Origin: Octopus bimaculoides
Lineage: Eukaryota
NCBI RefSeq assembly: GCF_001194135.2
Contig: NC_068983.1
Coordinates: 72,357,195-72,421,194, forward strand
Length of the DNA stretch: 64,000 bases
Reading direction: 5' to 3'
Part shown: piece after piece, positions 25,946 through 38,503 of the stretch
Position numbering within the stretch: the first letter of the stretch is position 1
Layout: each line of letters begins with the position of its first letter
Made by a program: the position numbers and the translations under genes
Notes under the pieces: generated by a model
What the model saw: the letters and a program-made list of their open reading frames with translations, nothing else
The model's database searches: none
Told to the model about the DNA's origin: nothing

Positions 25946-26376
25946 ATTCATAAAAGGGCTCTATCATTCTGATAAAGACCTCTTTGATTTCAAGTTATAT
26001 TTGAAGCAGAGGATGAGAAAGGAATGGGAGATGATGGATGTGAGTGAAGAAACTTGTATGGATGAAAAGACCAGATATTCAGTTGTATCCAGGAAATTTC
26101 ATGAAAGAGCACAATACGTGAAGTGCAAGGTGATCAGAGTATTTGTGTGCTAGGGATCTTCTGTGTGTTATAATTTCCACCTTGTTATGGGTATCTTTGT
26201 TTATTCTACACCATTAAAAACACCTTATCTGCTTTTCAAGTTGTATTACATTCCCATCCTTCATTTTATAGTATACATACACCTAACACATTCATTTCTG
26301 ATTATTTTATAACAAAATGCAGAATATGTTTTATATGTATATGAGGCCAATAAAGAATAAAAATGTTGTTGTTATT

Positions 26377-26570
26377 GAGCTAGAAGAATCATTAGCACAC
26401 TGGGCAAAATGCTTAGCAGTATTTCACCTACTGCAACGTTCTGGGTTCAAATTCAACCAAGAAAATGCAAAATACAAGCGTGTCAATTTAGTACCAGAGG
26501 AGTACTGGGTCAATGTAATCAACTATCCTCCTCTGCACAAAATCTAGGCCTTGTGCCTAAAGCAGAAAGG

Positions 26571-26602
<32 letters not shown>

Positions 26603-26870
26603 CATTATTATTATTATTATCATTATTATTATGGATATTATTATTATTATTATTATTATCATTATCATGAAGGCAGTGAACAAGCAGAATCATTAGCATG
26701 TCAGACAAAATGCTTAGCGGCATTTTATCCGTCTTTATGTTCTGAATTCAATTTCTGTTGAGTTCAACTTTTTTCTTTCATCCTTTCGGGGTACGTAAAA
26801 TAGTACTGGATTCAATGAGATTGACTAGTACCCTCTCACAAAATTACAGTCTGTGTCTATAGTAAAATGA

Positions 26871-26902
<32 letters not shown>

Positions 26903-26940
26903 CATCATCATCATCATCATCATTATTATTATTATTAGCA
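26377..26940 (+). mobile_element. Two tandem SINE family C copies with long (ATT)n tails
   Basis: Copies at about 26377-26573 and 26670-26865. Confidence 0.75.
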
Positions 26941-28788
26941 GCAGCAGTAGTAGTAGTAGTATTAGTAACAACATTAGTAGCAATAGTATCAGCATTATGT
27001 TCAGCAATACAACATTACCATCATCATTGCCACTACCACCACTACCACCACTGCCACTACCACCACTGCCACTACCATAACCCTTACAACCAACACCATA
27101 ACCATCATTATTATCATTAACTGTTATTTTAGGTCAAAACTACATCATTATATTCTCTGTAAATGAAATGAGCCAATTGGTTTGGATCCTCAGGTGAAAT
27201 AGCTTTATTTTCTACAGCAGCAGTGTGTGACAGCATAGTCCAAAGCACATTTCAAATTCCCTGTTGGGAATATTTTCTTTATGTTGCCAATGCTCTTGGG
27301 AAATGATATGGCCATTCTATATTCATCGTTATAGAATTCATAGTTATCATGTTTATGTAATACAATACAAATTGTAGAGCAGTGGATTAGATATTCTACT
27401 AACTAAATTGTTGCTTCACTTTTCTGTGCTCAAATCCCAGAGAGACAGACCTTGACTTCACCCCTCCAGATTCTAGCAAAGTCTCCTTCATCAGTATCTA
27501 TAGTTTTTATGTCAGTTTTTTTCCAATGTTTGTATGAATTGAATGGTTCTTCGAAGCCAGTCATCTTGTTCTTTTGTCATTCTATCAGTGAAAGTTCAGA
27601 AGCCTGAGATGTGAATTGAATACTGTTCACTTATCTGGGATATTCCATGTGCCAGTTTGACCCACATAGTCAATGGATTACTGAGTATATTCAGTTATTT
27701 TTAAGATGGTAGGCTGAAGTTTGAGGGAGATTTGTCTGGTATTTAGTTGGTTGAGTATCCATGCAGAAACTTTGCATAGAACATCTGGACCTTGAGGTCT
27801 GCTGGTTCCACCTACTGCTTTATTTGATTAACTTGGTGCTCAGTCAGAGCCAGATATGAGGTTGCACAACAAATAATAGTCTGTGATAACCAAAAACAAT
27901 CTGTCTACTTGATAGATAAGCTCACACTTATTAAATTTTCAGCTACTGGGTCCTAATTCAACTGTGTTTTCTCCCTTCCTTAACTTTGTCAGGACTTCAA
28001 TAACCTAAGTCCTAATTTAGGCAGAGGTGTGGTATATTTGGAACAGTAGTTCTGTGATTGTGCTAGTAAGGTGGTTGACTACCATGTGCTGTAAATCTGC
28101 TTAATCGGAGCTTATTTGAAACTATCCAACAACAAGAAACTCATCACTTTATCTTCAAAAGCTTGAGATATCTATGACACATCTTTTTATTAAAATAAAA
28201 ATTATAAAGAATAAAGATATAGAGATGAAAATGAAAATACTAGAAATCAGATTCAGAGAACACATTTTATAAGGTCAATAATTGACAAAGGATGCTTTTG
28301 TTGATATGAGAACAAAATTTATTGGAAGATTTATTTGGATCTAGACATTGCATATCAACACTGAACAAAAGTTACTGTCCCTTTTTGCAATACTGACAAA
28401 TATCAAGATCAAAAATAAAACTAAGTAAACTTTAAAAAAAATTGCTACAAAAATAGAACATAATTGATTCATTGTCAAAGTTATCTCCTTCAATTCTAAT
28501 TTCAAATCTTGCCAAGGCTGAGCTTCCTTTCTTATGTTTATTTACATAAAATAATCACAAGCAGTGAACAAAGATCAAAAGATCAATGACAGGAAACTAA
28601 CTTGATTCTCAATTTTTGCTATATGTTAGATCAAGCCACCAAAGTTTTTTCTTTTTTTTTTACCACTAAATTTGCAGGGAAAAAGCATTAGTTAAAAAAA
28701 GGAAAAAGAAAAAATCAAACCCAATGTCTAAGTTCTCATTTCTTTTGTGGGAAATGTTAGGAACTTTTATAAATGATTGAAGACATAC

Positions 28789-28806
28789 CTCCAAAATGAT
28801 CAATTT
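28789..28806 (-). CDS. Micro-exon candidate (18 nt; EIDHFG in phase 1-1)
   Basis: Strong acceptor aattctcttttcctcag and donor ggag|gtatgt. Confidence 0.15.
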
Positions 28807-29216
28807 CTGAGGAAAAGAGAATTTATTAACTTGCTACAAGCTATTTAACTTCAGTGATCTGAAGAGAACAAATGAATTTGAAGACACATTGATGAAGGCA
28901 GTATACAAATTAGAAGAAAAATAAACTAACCAATAGCAAAATGAATAACTTCGCCAATTTAACTAATTATCTGAAAGGTATTTTTTTCTCCAAATGTTTC
29001 TTGAGTGTGTAACTTCAATTCAAAAAACAGAAATTCATTTTCTAATGACATATATTCTTCTTCTTCACCCTTCATTTCATTTTCTATCATTTGGAATCAA
29101 TAAGTTAAAACAAAGAAACTGTAATAGCAATATAGAAATTATTAAAGTTTATTGAATTTAATAGAAAGTGACAGATTTTGTTTTCATTCTAAACAAGTAA
29201 CCCCATAACAAAAAAC

Positions 29217-29501
29217 CATGTAAAAAGCACCATTCAAGTGTGGTCGATGCCAGTGCTGGCTGAGTGGCTCCCATGCTGGTGGCACGTAAAAAGCACCCTT
29301 CAAACATGGTCGATGTCAGTACTGCTTGACTGGTCCTCATGCCAGTGGCACATAAAAAAGCACCAACTACATCCAGCAGTAGAAATTTTACCAGATCAGA
29401 TTGGAGCCTGGTGCAGCCTTCTGGGTTGCCAGCCCTCAGTTAAACCGTCCAACCCATGCCAGCATGGAAACCAGATGTTAAACAACGATGATGATGATGA
29501 T
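29217..29501 (+). mobile_element. RTE 3'-end copy
   Basis: UTR repeats and (GAT)n tail, followed by a long TA/CA/CATA microsatellite to 29705. Confidence 0.85.
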
Positions 29502-29530
29502 ACATATATATACCCATACATACATATATA

Positions 29531-29590
<60 letters not shown>

Positions 29591-29766
29591 CACACACACA
29601 CACACACACATATATACATACACACACACACACACACATACATACATACATACATACATACATACATACACACACACATACATACATACATACATACATA
29701 CATACAAATTTAGGGAATGGAGTTGATAAAATCCAGGCTACATATGTTTCTTAACCAGCAGAACTT

Positions 29767-29864
29767 CAGAAGTAGTAATTACCTAGATAAAGGGTACTCC
29801 ACTAGCTACTCATCAGGCCAAGTAACTAGCGGGGCATCTCTTGTCTGGTTAACTATTACTTCTG
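29767..29864. other. 98-nt near-perfect fold-back (44-bp stem, 10-nt loop)
   Basis: Paired by hand in register with no bulges. All but one of the non-Watson-Crick positions are transition-type (G:T or A:C). Confidence 0.85.
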
Positions 29865-30138
29865 TAATGTTATAGCTTTTCATTATGTTATAGCTTTACT
29901 GCACATATAGACTTGCATACACATTGATATGTCTTTCTTTTTCTTTTTCGTCTCTCTCACTATTATTATTATTATTGTAGTTGTTATCATTATTTCTCCC
30001 TTTCATAACTTGGTTTGTAAATTATCCGATTTTCCTTTACTGCCCCATCTGTGTTCTCTTAGTGTATCTTATTTTATTTTTATTTTTATTTTATTTTGTT
30101 CTATTTCATCTTATTAAACTTCCTTGATGTTCTTCAAG

Positions 30139-30256
30139 GGATTCCCCACACTGATGAGAATGACAATCCATAAATTTAATTATAATTACTATGGTTAAAA
30201 AAATTTTTTCTTACACATTTGCATTGTTTTCCGAAACATACATATGCAGTGAATCC
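30139..30256 (+). ncRNA. Degenerate type I hammerhead ribozyme in probable Penelope pseudo-LTR
   Basis: CTGATGA 30151-57; stem II gaatgacaat/attgttttcc (8 of 10 paired, G-C at core); GAAA 30233-36; stem I ggatt..cac/gtgaatcc; AATAAA about 11 nt downstream of stem I. Confidence 0.55.
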
Positions 30257-30352
30257 AGTTTTGTAATAAATCTATTTCTGATTCTACATCATTTTTTCTC
30301 CATTTTTTTATACTTGTTTATGGTATATTTTTATACCTATAACAAAACTCCT

Positions 30353-30401
<49 letters not shown>

Positions 30402-30416
30402 NNNNNNNNNNCATAC

Positions 30417-30469
<53 letters not shown>

Positions 30470-30812
30470 GTATGGTCAAATGTTTAAGAGTTTGTTTTGC
30501 AATCCAAGTACTATCTTCAATTCCATAGCACAACTATTACTTTGGGCTCAACTGCAAAGTTATATATATAGCCTTCAATTTGCACAAGTTTTGTTAATGA
30601 AATTAGGCAGACTGAAATTGTGTGAAAACCTGTCAAATGAATTTTATCTGTAATTGGAAGGTTCAACCGGGGCACAGTGTGTTACTTTCACTCTGCCTGA
30701 TGATTGCATTTATGGTACACATGCTTTTAGAATAAACAGCCACTTACATGCTAAATCAATGGGAACTTAGTTTTATAGGCTGAACAACTGCAAACTATTG
30801 GTTGATCTAGAT

Positions 30813-31059
30813 NNNNNNNNNNNNNNNNNNNNNNNNNNNNNNNNNNNNNNNNNNNNNNNNNNNNNNNNNNNNNNNNNNNNNNNNNNNNNNNNNNNNNNNN
30901 NNNNNNNNNNNNNNNNNNNNNNNNNNNNNNNNNNNNNNNNNNNNNNNNNNNNNNNNNNNNNNNNNNNNNNNNNNNNNNNNNNNNNNNNNNNNNNNNNNNN
31001 NNNNNNNNNNNNNNNNNNNNNNNNNNNNNNNNNNNNNNNNNNNNNNNNNNNNNNNNNNN
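30813..31059. other. Assembly gap (also 24602-24611, 30402-30411, 34978-35003, 39415-39424)
   Basis: Runs of N. Confidence 1.
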
Positions 31060-32139
31060 TATATAAAGATAAAACTTGGAAAAGGATGCGTGGTGTTCGA
31101 TCATATAATAATATAAATAATATATATAACCAATGTGTCCAAGGACTACATTAAACTCCAGTGTCTGCTTTGGCATGGTCTTTATGGCTGGATGTCCTTC
31201 CTAATGCCAACCACTTTACAGCTTGGACTGAATGTTTTTTTTTTTTTTAGCAGGAGAGGGCACCTGTATTACTGAGATCACCATGCAGTTTGTGCCCTGG
31301 GGTAGGTGTGGGGAGGTCAGCCTCATGCTAGAGAACACGGGGATCACTATAAGGTGGTGGTTATGGGGGCAGGCAGAGCATGTTCATGGCTACAAAATCT
31401 GAATCGTTATCTTCTTGTTATAAGATTCAATCCTTAATTACTTCATAAAAACTAGGGCTCTACAGGCTAATGAGAGTCTCTTACATGTTTGTTTGAGATG
31501 CTGGAAATAACATCTTGAGCTATTTTACTGTCTTAAAAAAAAAGGAAGAAAATCATTGTTCTACATACATTGTGTAGGAGTGAAACAAAATAAGATGGTC
31601 AAAGCAACAACAAATTTACTGTATATTTGACCACAGATTTACAAATAACAACCAAAGTCACAGACAATGACTGATGGTCTGTGGTGACAAACATTATTAA
31701 CAAATTTAATTAAGTTTGTATGCTGTCATGAGTACTGATTTTCAAGCAAAGCCTTTCTTCAGAGAGAGAAATTTAAACTCTTTAGGATAGCACCAAGCAA
31801 ACACTCAAATCCTTTTACCAATGAAGCTAAGTTTGAACTTCTAAAAGGTGACATTTTGTTTCCACTTTTATGTTCCTGATTTATTATTGCTGAATGTGAC
31901 ACGAGATGAATATTTTATCCTACCACTTCATCAGCAGCCCTGAGGTAATGGAATCTGAATAGCCACAGTAAATGTTCACTTAGCTTTCATCCTTTTATCT
32001 TAACACTGATGTCTCAAAGATTAATTCATTGCAATTCGAATAAATATAGTATTACGAGAGTAGATCAATTGATAACAGGAAACCGCTGACTATTATAATA
32101 TTTCTAATTTCAATATATGACAATATATTGCTACATTTT

Positions 32140-32515
32140 TGCTCCAGGTCAAGCTCTTACCGAGTAGACCTATGATCAACTGCTTAAGAGAACATTAATA
32201 GCATCAATCTCATTGGTCTTGGAGTTCCCGTTAAGATCATGGGCACAATCCCTTCCTTCAGACGTAACCTGGCAAAAACAAAAACAAAACATTCCTGTTA
32301 TGATTATACCTTATTTATGTATATCAAAGATTTTACTGATCAATGTATCCTTCTTATAAATGTTTAGCCCTTGGCCATCCCATATTGCATGTCAGCTATT
32401 CAAGTCACAGCATATCTAATGTAACTTCTTTGTTCAAGACAGTATGGTGTCATTTGAGGGAGATTAGTCTGCTATTTCTAGCAGTTAGAGTAACTGTGGC
32501 TCCCTTCATTGGCTC
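32140..32515. repeat. Family E repeat interrupted by a 111-bp insert with A-rich tail
   Basis: Insert 32180-32290 splits tatgatcaa|attcc and ends in caaaaacaaaaacaaaac. Confidence 0.6.
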
Positions 32516-33045
32516 ATATTAGTTTCATAAATATCTCCAATTTCACCTACTTTATATGAAAATATATAAAGTTTTGATACAAAAATTGTAGATAAATACA
32601 TACATACATACTTCACCAGTATATCATAAGAATATTTACAATAATACAAAGAAGTTTATATTTTCATGAAACGAAACACATTGGGAATCATATGCAACAT
32701 TCACAAGAAAATAAAAAGATTGACTGAATGAACGCATGTTTGATAATGCATTCATGATAATAAGCTTTAAAATCTAGCAGATTATCTTGTCACATTGGGA
32801 ATGTAGTGTTGAAAAAAATGTACATAAAGTGACAACAAATAGAGTAAATCTCAGTCAATAATAACTATTTGTTTTAAGATTTATAGAGATTGGATAACAT
32901 TGTTTTCTGCTACTTTGTTTTGCAAAAGTACACAAGTGAGAACTTTGGTATTTTAAATTCAACCAGAAACAAATAAGTAATTAAGCATATAAACAAACAA
33001 AATAAAAAGTAGATAACTACACACACACACACACACACACACATG

Positions 33046-34264
33046 ACAGAAGTAAATAGACACACCGTAAAAACTCACTTTATGTTTATTTTAACTTGTA
33101 AAGGTTTATATTTCTTATTAAATAACATTTTTGTGTTTCGGGTTTTATATGTGGCTGTTTAGTCATACCATGTATAAAAGAAGTCTTGGAACTGTTTGAA
33201 TTTCTAAGAGGCCATATTGTGGGTCAATCTGAAGGTGGACCTAACGTAAAATCACAGAAAACCATGGGATCCTGTTTTCTACAGCTAATAGAGTGATTGG
33301 GTAATTCACCAAAGAGGGGAGGGAGTCCACATCACCTCACCTAGATTGACCAGGCCTCTCTGACAGGACCCTTCTCTTTGTTAAGAGAAGTGTGGAGGAT
33401 AATCCTCACTGCAAGACCTCTGACATAGCAGAACATGTTGATGTCAGTCCCAGAACAGCTGTCAGGTACCTCCACAAACTTGGTTACTATGACAGTGCAG
33501 CAAGAAAGAAACCACTTCTTTGACCAGTCAATATCAAGTAGAGAAAAGATTAGACCAGTGAGATGGTAGAGAGGCCACAGGCATTTTGGGACACTGTCAT
33601 ATTCTCCAATGAGTCCAGATTTGCTGTATTTTCTGACAGTGGTCTCGAGACTCTGTGATCAAGAATTTGATGTGAAAAGATTATAGCCAATAATGAAACA
33701 TGACAGCTACACTGTGATGGTCTGGGGAGCAATTTGGAGCCATGGTCAATCAAAGCTGGTGGAGTGTGAAGGAAACATAAACCCAGATAAATATATGTCC
33801 ATATTGTAGAAAAGACTACTTCCAATCTTCTTCAGTGGTGAAAAAATTAAAGAAGACTCTTTATGGAAGATGGGGCTTCTTGTTACACAGCTAAAATGAT
33901 CCAAGATTTGTTGGATGAGAATGGCATTAGAAAGCTTCCATGGCCTAGCCAGTCACCAGATATGAACCCTATTGAAGATCTCTGGGGCATAATGGACAGG
34001 ACACTTCATAAAAAGAACAACAAAGCATCTTCAAAGTCAGATCTTTAGAGATTACTGCATGAAACTTGGCAAGAAATTCATCAAGAGAATATTCATCATC
34101 TGATCATTAACATGCTTAATAGGGTCCTTGCAGTGAAAAAAATGCAAGAGGCATGTCTACTAAATATCAAATATTCACATTATAACAATTAATAAAAAAT
34201 TTGAGTGTATAATTTCAGAGTTAAATAAATTTTAACGATTATAAGGGTGTCTATTTACTTCTGT
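33046..34264 (+). mobile_element. Full-length decayed Tc1 transposon (DD34E)
   Basis: 18-bp perfect TIR acagaagtaaatagacac (33046-63)/gtgtctatttacttctgt (34247-64); AARKKPLL, WDTVIFSNESRF, VMVWGAI, FMEDGASCYTAK..WPSQSPDMNPIEDLWG. Many stops. Confidence 0.9.
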
Positions 34265-34282
34265 TCTGTGTGTGTATATATA

Positions 34283-34808
34283 CAGGGGTTGGACAAAATA
34301 ATGGAAACACCTAGCATCATAATTTTGAAATATCTATAAAACTGTCAAAAGCTTGTTTATTTTTATGTTTTTTTATTTATTACTAGTGTTGCTTAATGTT
34401 TTGCTAAAATTGCTGTTTCTCTTCAAATATCATCACAAAAAGGTAATCAAAATTCATTAAAATGACAGATTTGGGACATTCGAAGAGGTCAAATTGTTGG
34501 TGTTCATATGGCAGCCACTAACATAATGAATACAGTCAAAATGTTTAGTGTATCAAGAAGTACTGTCTCGAAAGTAATGACAGCCTTTGAGAAAGAGGGA
34601 AAAACCTCCTCATTGAAACAAAACTCCGGAAGAAAACCAAATCTTTCAGATAGGGACCATTGGACTCTAACTCGAATTGTTAGAAAGGATCACAAAAGTA
34701 CACCTCCCAAAATTACTACAGAGCTTAATGACCACCTCAAGAACCCAGTTTCCACAAGAACTGTTCACTGGGAGCTGCATAAAGCTGGAATTCACGGGAG
34801 GGCTGCAA
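34283..34808 (+). mobile_element. 5' half of a second Tc1 transposon
   Basis: TA|CAGGGGTTGGACAAAATAATGGAAACACC TIR; paired-like HTH VSRSTVSKV..SGRKP.LSDRD..VSTRTVHWELHKAGIHGRAA; truncated. Confidence 0.85.
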
Positions 34809-35111
34809 AAGGAGATAATCCCCAACTGCTACATTTGAGTAGTGAGGCATTTCCCCCTCCATATTTTGAAGAGGTCATGGGCCAACAAGCTGCGGTCTAT
34901 CCATAGCACTTACTCAGCATTACCTGAAATCCTTGGGTCTAATTGACACTACTATCACTCATAACCTATATATATATNNNNNNNNNNNNNNNNNNNNNNN
35001 NNNATATATATACTCTTTTACTTTATTCTTTTACTTGTTTCAGTCATTTGACTGCGGCCGTGTTGGACCAGTGTGTGTCTGTGTCTGTGTCTGTGCATGT
35101 ATGTCTGTGTC

Positions 35112-35148
<37 letters not shown>

Positions 35149-36027
35149 ATGCATGCCCTTTGGGTAGAAAAAGTCAAGGCTTCAACTTTTTTTCACCCAA
35201 TGTTTACATGTTATTATTTATCATTTTATTTGCTTTGAGATTCATAGTCCCTAAAAAGAATTATTCTATTTTCTAATTTTCTGAAGTTCTTATATAAAAA
35301 CCATGCCAAACATACATTGGTGCTTGATGCAGTCCTTGGGTACATCAGGTCCTGTCAAACCATTTAACCCATGCCAACATTGAACATGGACATTAAATGA
35401 TGATGATGATATATGTATATACACACACACACACACATATATAAACATACACACTTATATAATACATATGTAATATACATCCATAAGGTAGATGATGATG
35501 ATGATGTATTACATAAATGAATACTGGATACACAAATATTCAAAAACAATATCACAGCATCATCAATGAAAAGAATAAAGCCTATATTTAAAATAATCAG
35601 TCACAGTGAAGGGAATCTTTTAAGCAAGTTAAATTGGAAATATTTGAAATAACAAACTGCCAAATATTCAATTTGTAGTTTTACACTAAAATCTAATATT
35701 GAATAATGCTATAGATAGGAAAATAGGTAAATTTAGAAATTTGTTCATTGGGGCATGTATTTATTTGGTTTTCTGAGATCTATCATTAGATTTACATTTG
35801 AAATTGTCAACTTTCAGTTGTTTAGATATATATGTATGTATCTGGAAAATCAAAACCATTACATCTATATATATTGCAATTTTGATCTTTCCAATATTTT
35901 AACTGACTTAAGAGGTTGCCATCACCAGCAAATTATTTCAATAAAGACAGTTCTTCCATTTTCTTTACATACACAATATATTTTAGCATCTTTGAAACAT
36001 ACTGAAACATGTGTACAACTGTAAGCT

Positions 36028-36413
36028 AGGCACAGCTGTGTGGTAAGAAGCTTGCTTCCAAACCACATTGCTCTGGGTTCAGTCCCACTGCATGGCACCT
36101 TGGGCAAAATGTCTTCTACTATAGCCTCAGTCTGACCAAAGCCTTGTAAGTGGATTTGGTAAGCAGAAACTGAAAGAAGCCCATCGTGTGTGTGTGTGTG
36201 TGTGTGTGTGCGTGCGTGTGTGTGTGTTTGTCTCCCTCCTTGTTTGACAATTAGTGTTGGTGTATTTATATCCCTGTAACTTGGCAAAAGAGACTGATAA
36301 AATAAATACCAGGCTTAAAAATAAATACTGGGGTCGATTCATTCAACTAAAAATTCTTCAAGGCAGTGCCCCAGTAAGATCATAGCCTAACAATTGAAAG
36401 AAGTAAAAGATAA
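36028..36413 (+). mobile_element. SINE family B
   Basis: Inverted homologue of 25563-25945. Confidence 0.85.
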
Positions 36414-36418
36414 ATGAT

Positions 36419-36462
<44 letters not shown>

Positions 36463-36577
36463 ATAAGAAATTTATAAAGCTGCCATTTCTGAACTATAGT
36501 AATGATATAAGAAATTTATAAAGCTACCATTTCTGAAATATCACATCTTTACATTTTAGTGAAGTAACATAAAATAC

Positions 36578-36776
36578 CTGCAACAGGTAGCCCTATTCTC
36601 CCTGTACGAGGAACAGCCTGTGTAGCAACAAATATCCAAGAGAGGCAACAATTGGAAAGGATTCCTATCACAATACCACTGCCGAAGTCCCTAAAGAAGG
36701 AGGCTATATTGCTTGGAAATAGTGAAGATGTTGACAATAATTCCACTGTTTCACATAATGCAATATTTCCACAAAA
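36578..36776 (-). CDS. Candidate internal exon of unidentified gene (FCGNIALCETVELLSTSSLFPSNIASFFRDFGSGIVIGILSNCCLSWIFVATQAVPRTGRIGLPVA)
   Basis: Acceptor tatatgtttcatag, 66 open codons, donor gcag|gtattt, non-repetitive and visibly higher GC than flanks. The antisense frame is also open, so strand rests on splice sites only. Confidence 0.35.
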
Positions 36777-38137
36777 CTATGAAACATATATTAATGTTAA
36801 CTAGTGGCTTCAATTAAGGTAAAACAATATTTGAACAAGAATAACTTTAAAAGTGGTGATCATTCAACAATTTCACTATACAGAAAAGAAAATCATGTAG
36901 ATCTTAATGCTGGTAATGGAAATCAAGTAAGGGGTTTTCTAAATTATGAAAATTGCCAATATATTGGAGTCTCGGTACCTTTCTGGAAATTGTTTCCTAG
37001 AAGTTACAAAAGAATCTGTTTTTTTTTGCTTTTTTTTTATAAGGATGGTTGTTTTATTTTAGGCAGGAATTACAAGTTTTAACAGTTTGCTTACTATTAA
37101 CAATATTGTCTGTAAAAACTGTAAGCATGTATGCCAGATGATGAATTTTCCATAAAATAATCAGCAATGAAAGCAATACTTGAATGAAACCAAAATTATG
37201 CATTCTGATGAAGATCTTGAAATTTATTTACTAGTATTCAGGTGCTTTTTTTTCAAAACCATTAAAGTGAGGTTTTCTTCCTAAAGATTACTTGTATAAG
37301 AGACAAGGAAATTTAACAGTTGAAGTAGTTTTGAAATATGCAGTAAATGAATTGTTGTGCGTGTTGGTCAATCACGATGTTGATGATGATGATGATGATA
37401 ATGGTGTTGAGAAATCCTGATCACTAAAATGATCATTATAATGGTTTACATTAGAGTTTTATTTACACCAGATATTTTTATAAATGCAAGTAAAATGACT
37501 GGTGTTGGTGCAAACTGTATTTTGCTAATTCCCCCTATCAATCAGTAACCATCCAATATAAAATTTGTCATTTACCATGAGTTGTCAATTCCCAATCAAA
37601 ATTCAACTTGTCAGACAATAAAGAATAAAGTCAAATGCAAAACTTATCAAAATGTAACATTTGTCTCCTTATTCCAATTTTCACTTATGGTCACATATAT
37701 TGTTATCAGCTGAGTTGATAACTGAGTAAAAATCAGTTTAATATAGCAAAATATTTACTATAACAGTTGTCCCAATGATGAAAATAAAATTTATAAAAAG
37801 TACTATCTATATAGAGATGGTTTGAATTTTAAAATTTTGTGGATGTAGAACAATGTGTATAATGTTGTGTATAGAAAAATAAAAAGAAAAAGATATTTTG
37901 TTTTATTAAATAGTTATTTTATTTCTAGTTTGGGTAACTTTCCATTTAATTATTTCTTTTCTGAAAATATCATTCATTCCATTCATAAAACAATGGGCAG
38001 TGGGTCATGTACTCATATAATAAATGAAATAAATAAATAAATAACACAATAGAGGCATTCATTGGCATATTCAATTAAAGGAAGAAATCCTTAACATTAT
38101 TAATATATGAATAATATATGAAGGTTCTTAACTATAC

Positions 38138-38217
38138 CAGACCTGCTCTGGTCTTCACTGTCTTCTCCACAGAAATAGCAGTCTGCATCACATGCTTAAC
38201 ATACAACACATCCAGAC
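38138..38217 (-). CDS. Candidate exon (LDVLYVKHVMQTAISVEKTVKTRAGL)
   Basis: Weak acceptor attaaaag, donor ctg|gtatag; phases match neighbours. An alternative frame (ACDADCYFCGEDSEDQ) is possible. Confidence 0.2.
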
Positions 38218-38378
38218 CTTTTAATAATTAATTAACAACCATCACGCATGCATGCACACACACACACACACACACACACATCAATGTGCTATGTGTTGTG
38301 TTTTTAATAATAATACAATGGTACCTGTTCTTTTGATCTAGCAATCTATAAACATCATTCCGCTTTAGTAAAACTTAC

Positions 38379-38503
38379 ACACCACTCCTCTTCCCAGTGT
38401 CTCTACTGCAACCCTCTGGAACATTCTTTCAGCCTGCCCTTCTCTTACAGATATGAATCAACAGAAGTTCAAGTCAAATATAAAACTATATTGGTCATAC
38501 CGT
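38379..38503 (-). CDS. Candidate exon with one in-frame TGA (RYDQYSFIFDLNFC*FISVREGQAERMFQRVAVETLGRGVV)
   Basis: Acceptor atgcttccag, donor gt|gtaagt, coding-like purine-rich 3' part; TGA at 38460-38458. Confidence 0.2.

Noticed and set aside
30751-31176. Long ORFs in the track
   Set aside because: They span the N gap.
36587-36804. Plus-strand reading GSPILPVRG..YINVN* of the 36.6-kb segment
   Set aside because: Open, but the acceptor lacks a pyrimidine tract. The minus-strand model has both splice sites. Not fully excluded.
37205-37222. CTGATGA-agatctt-GAAA
   Set aside because: Stem II too small and no stems I/III.
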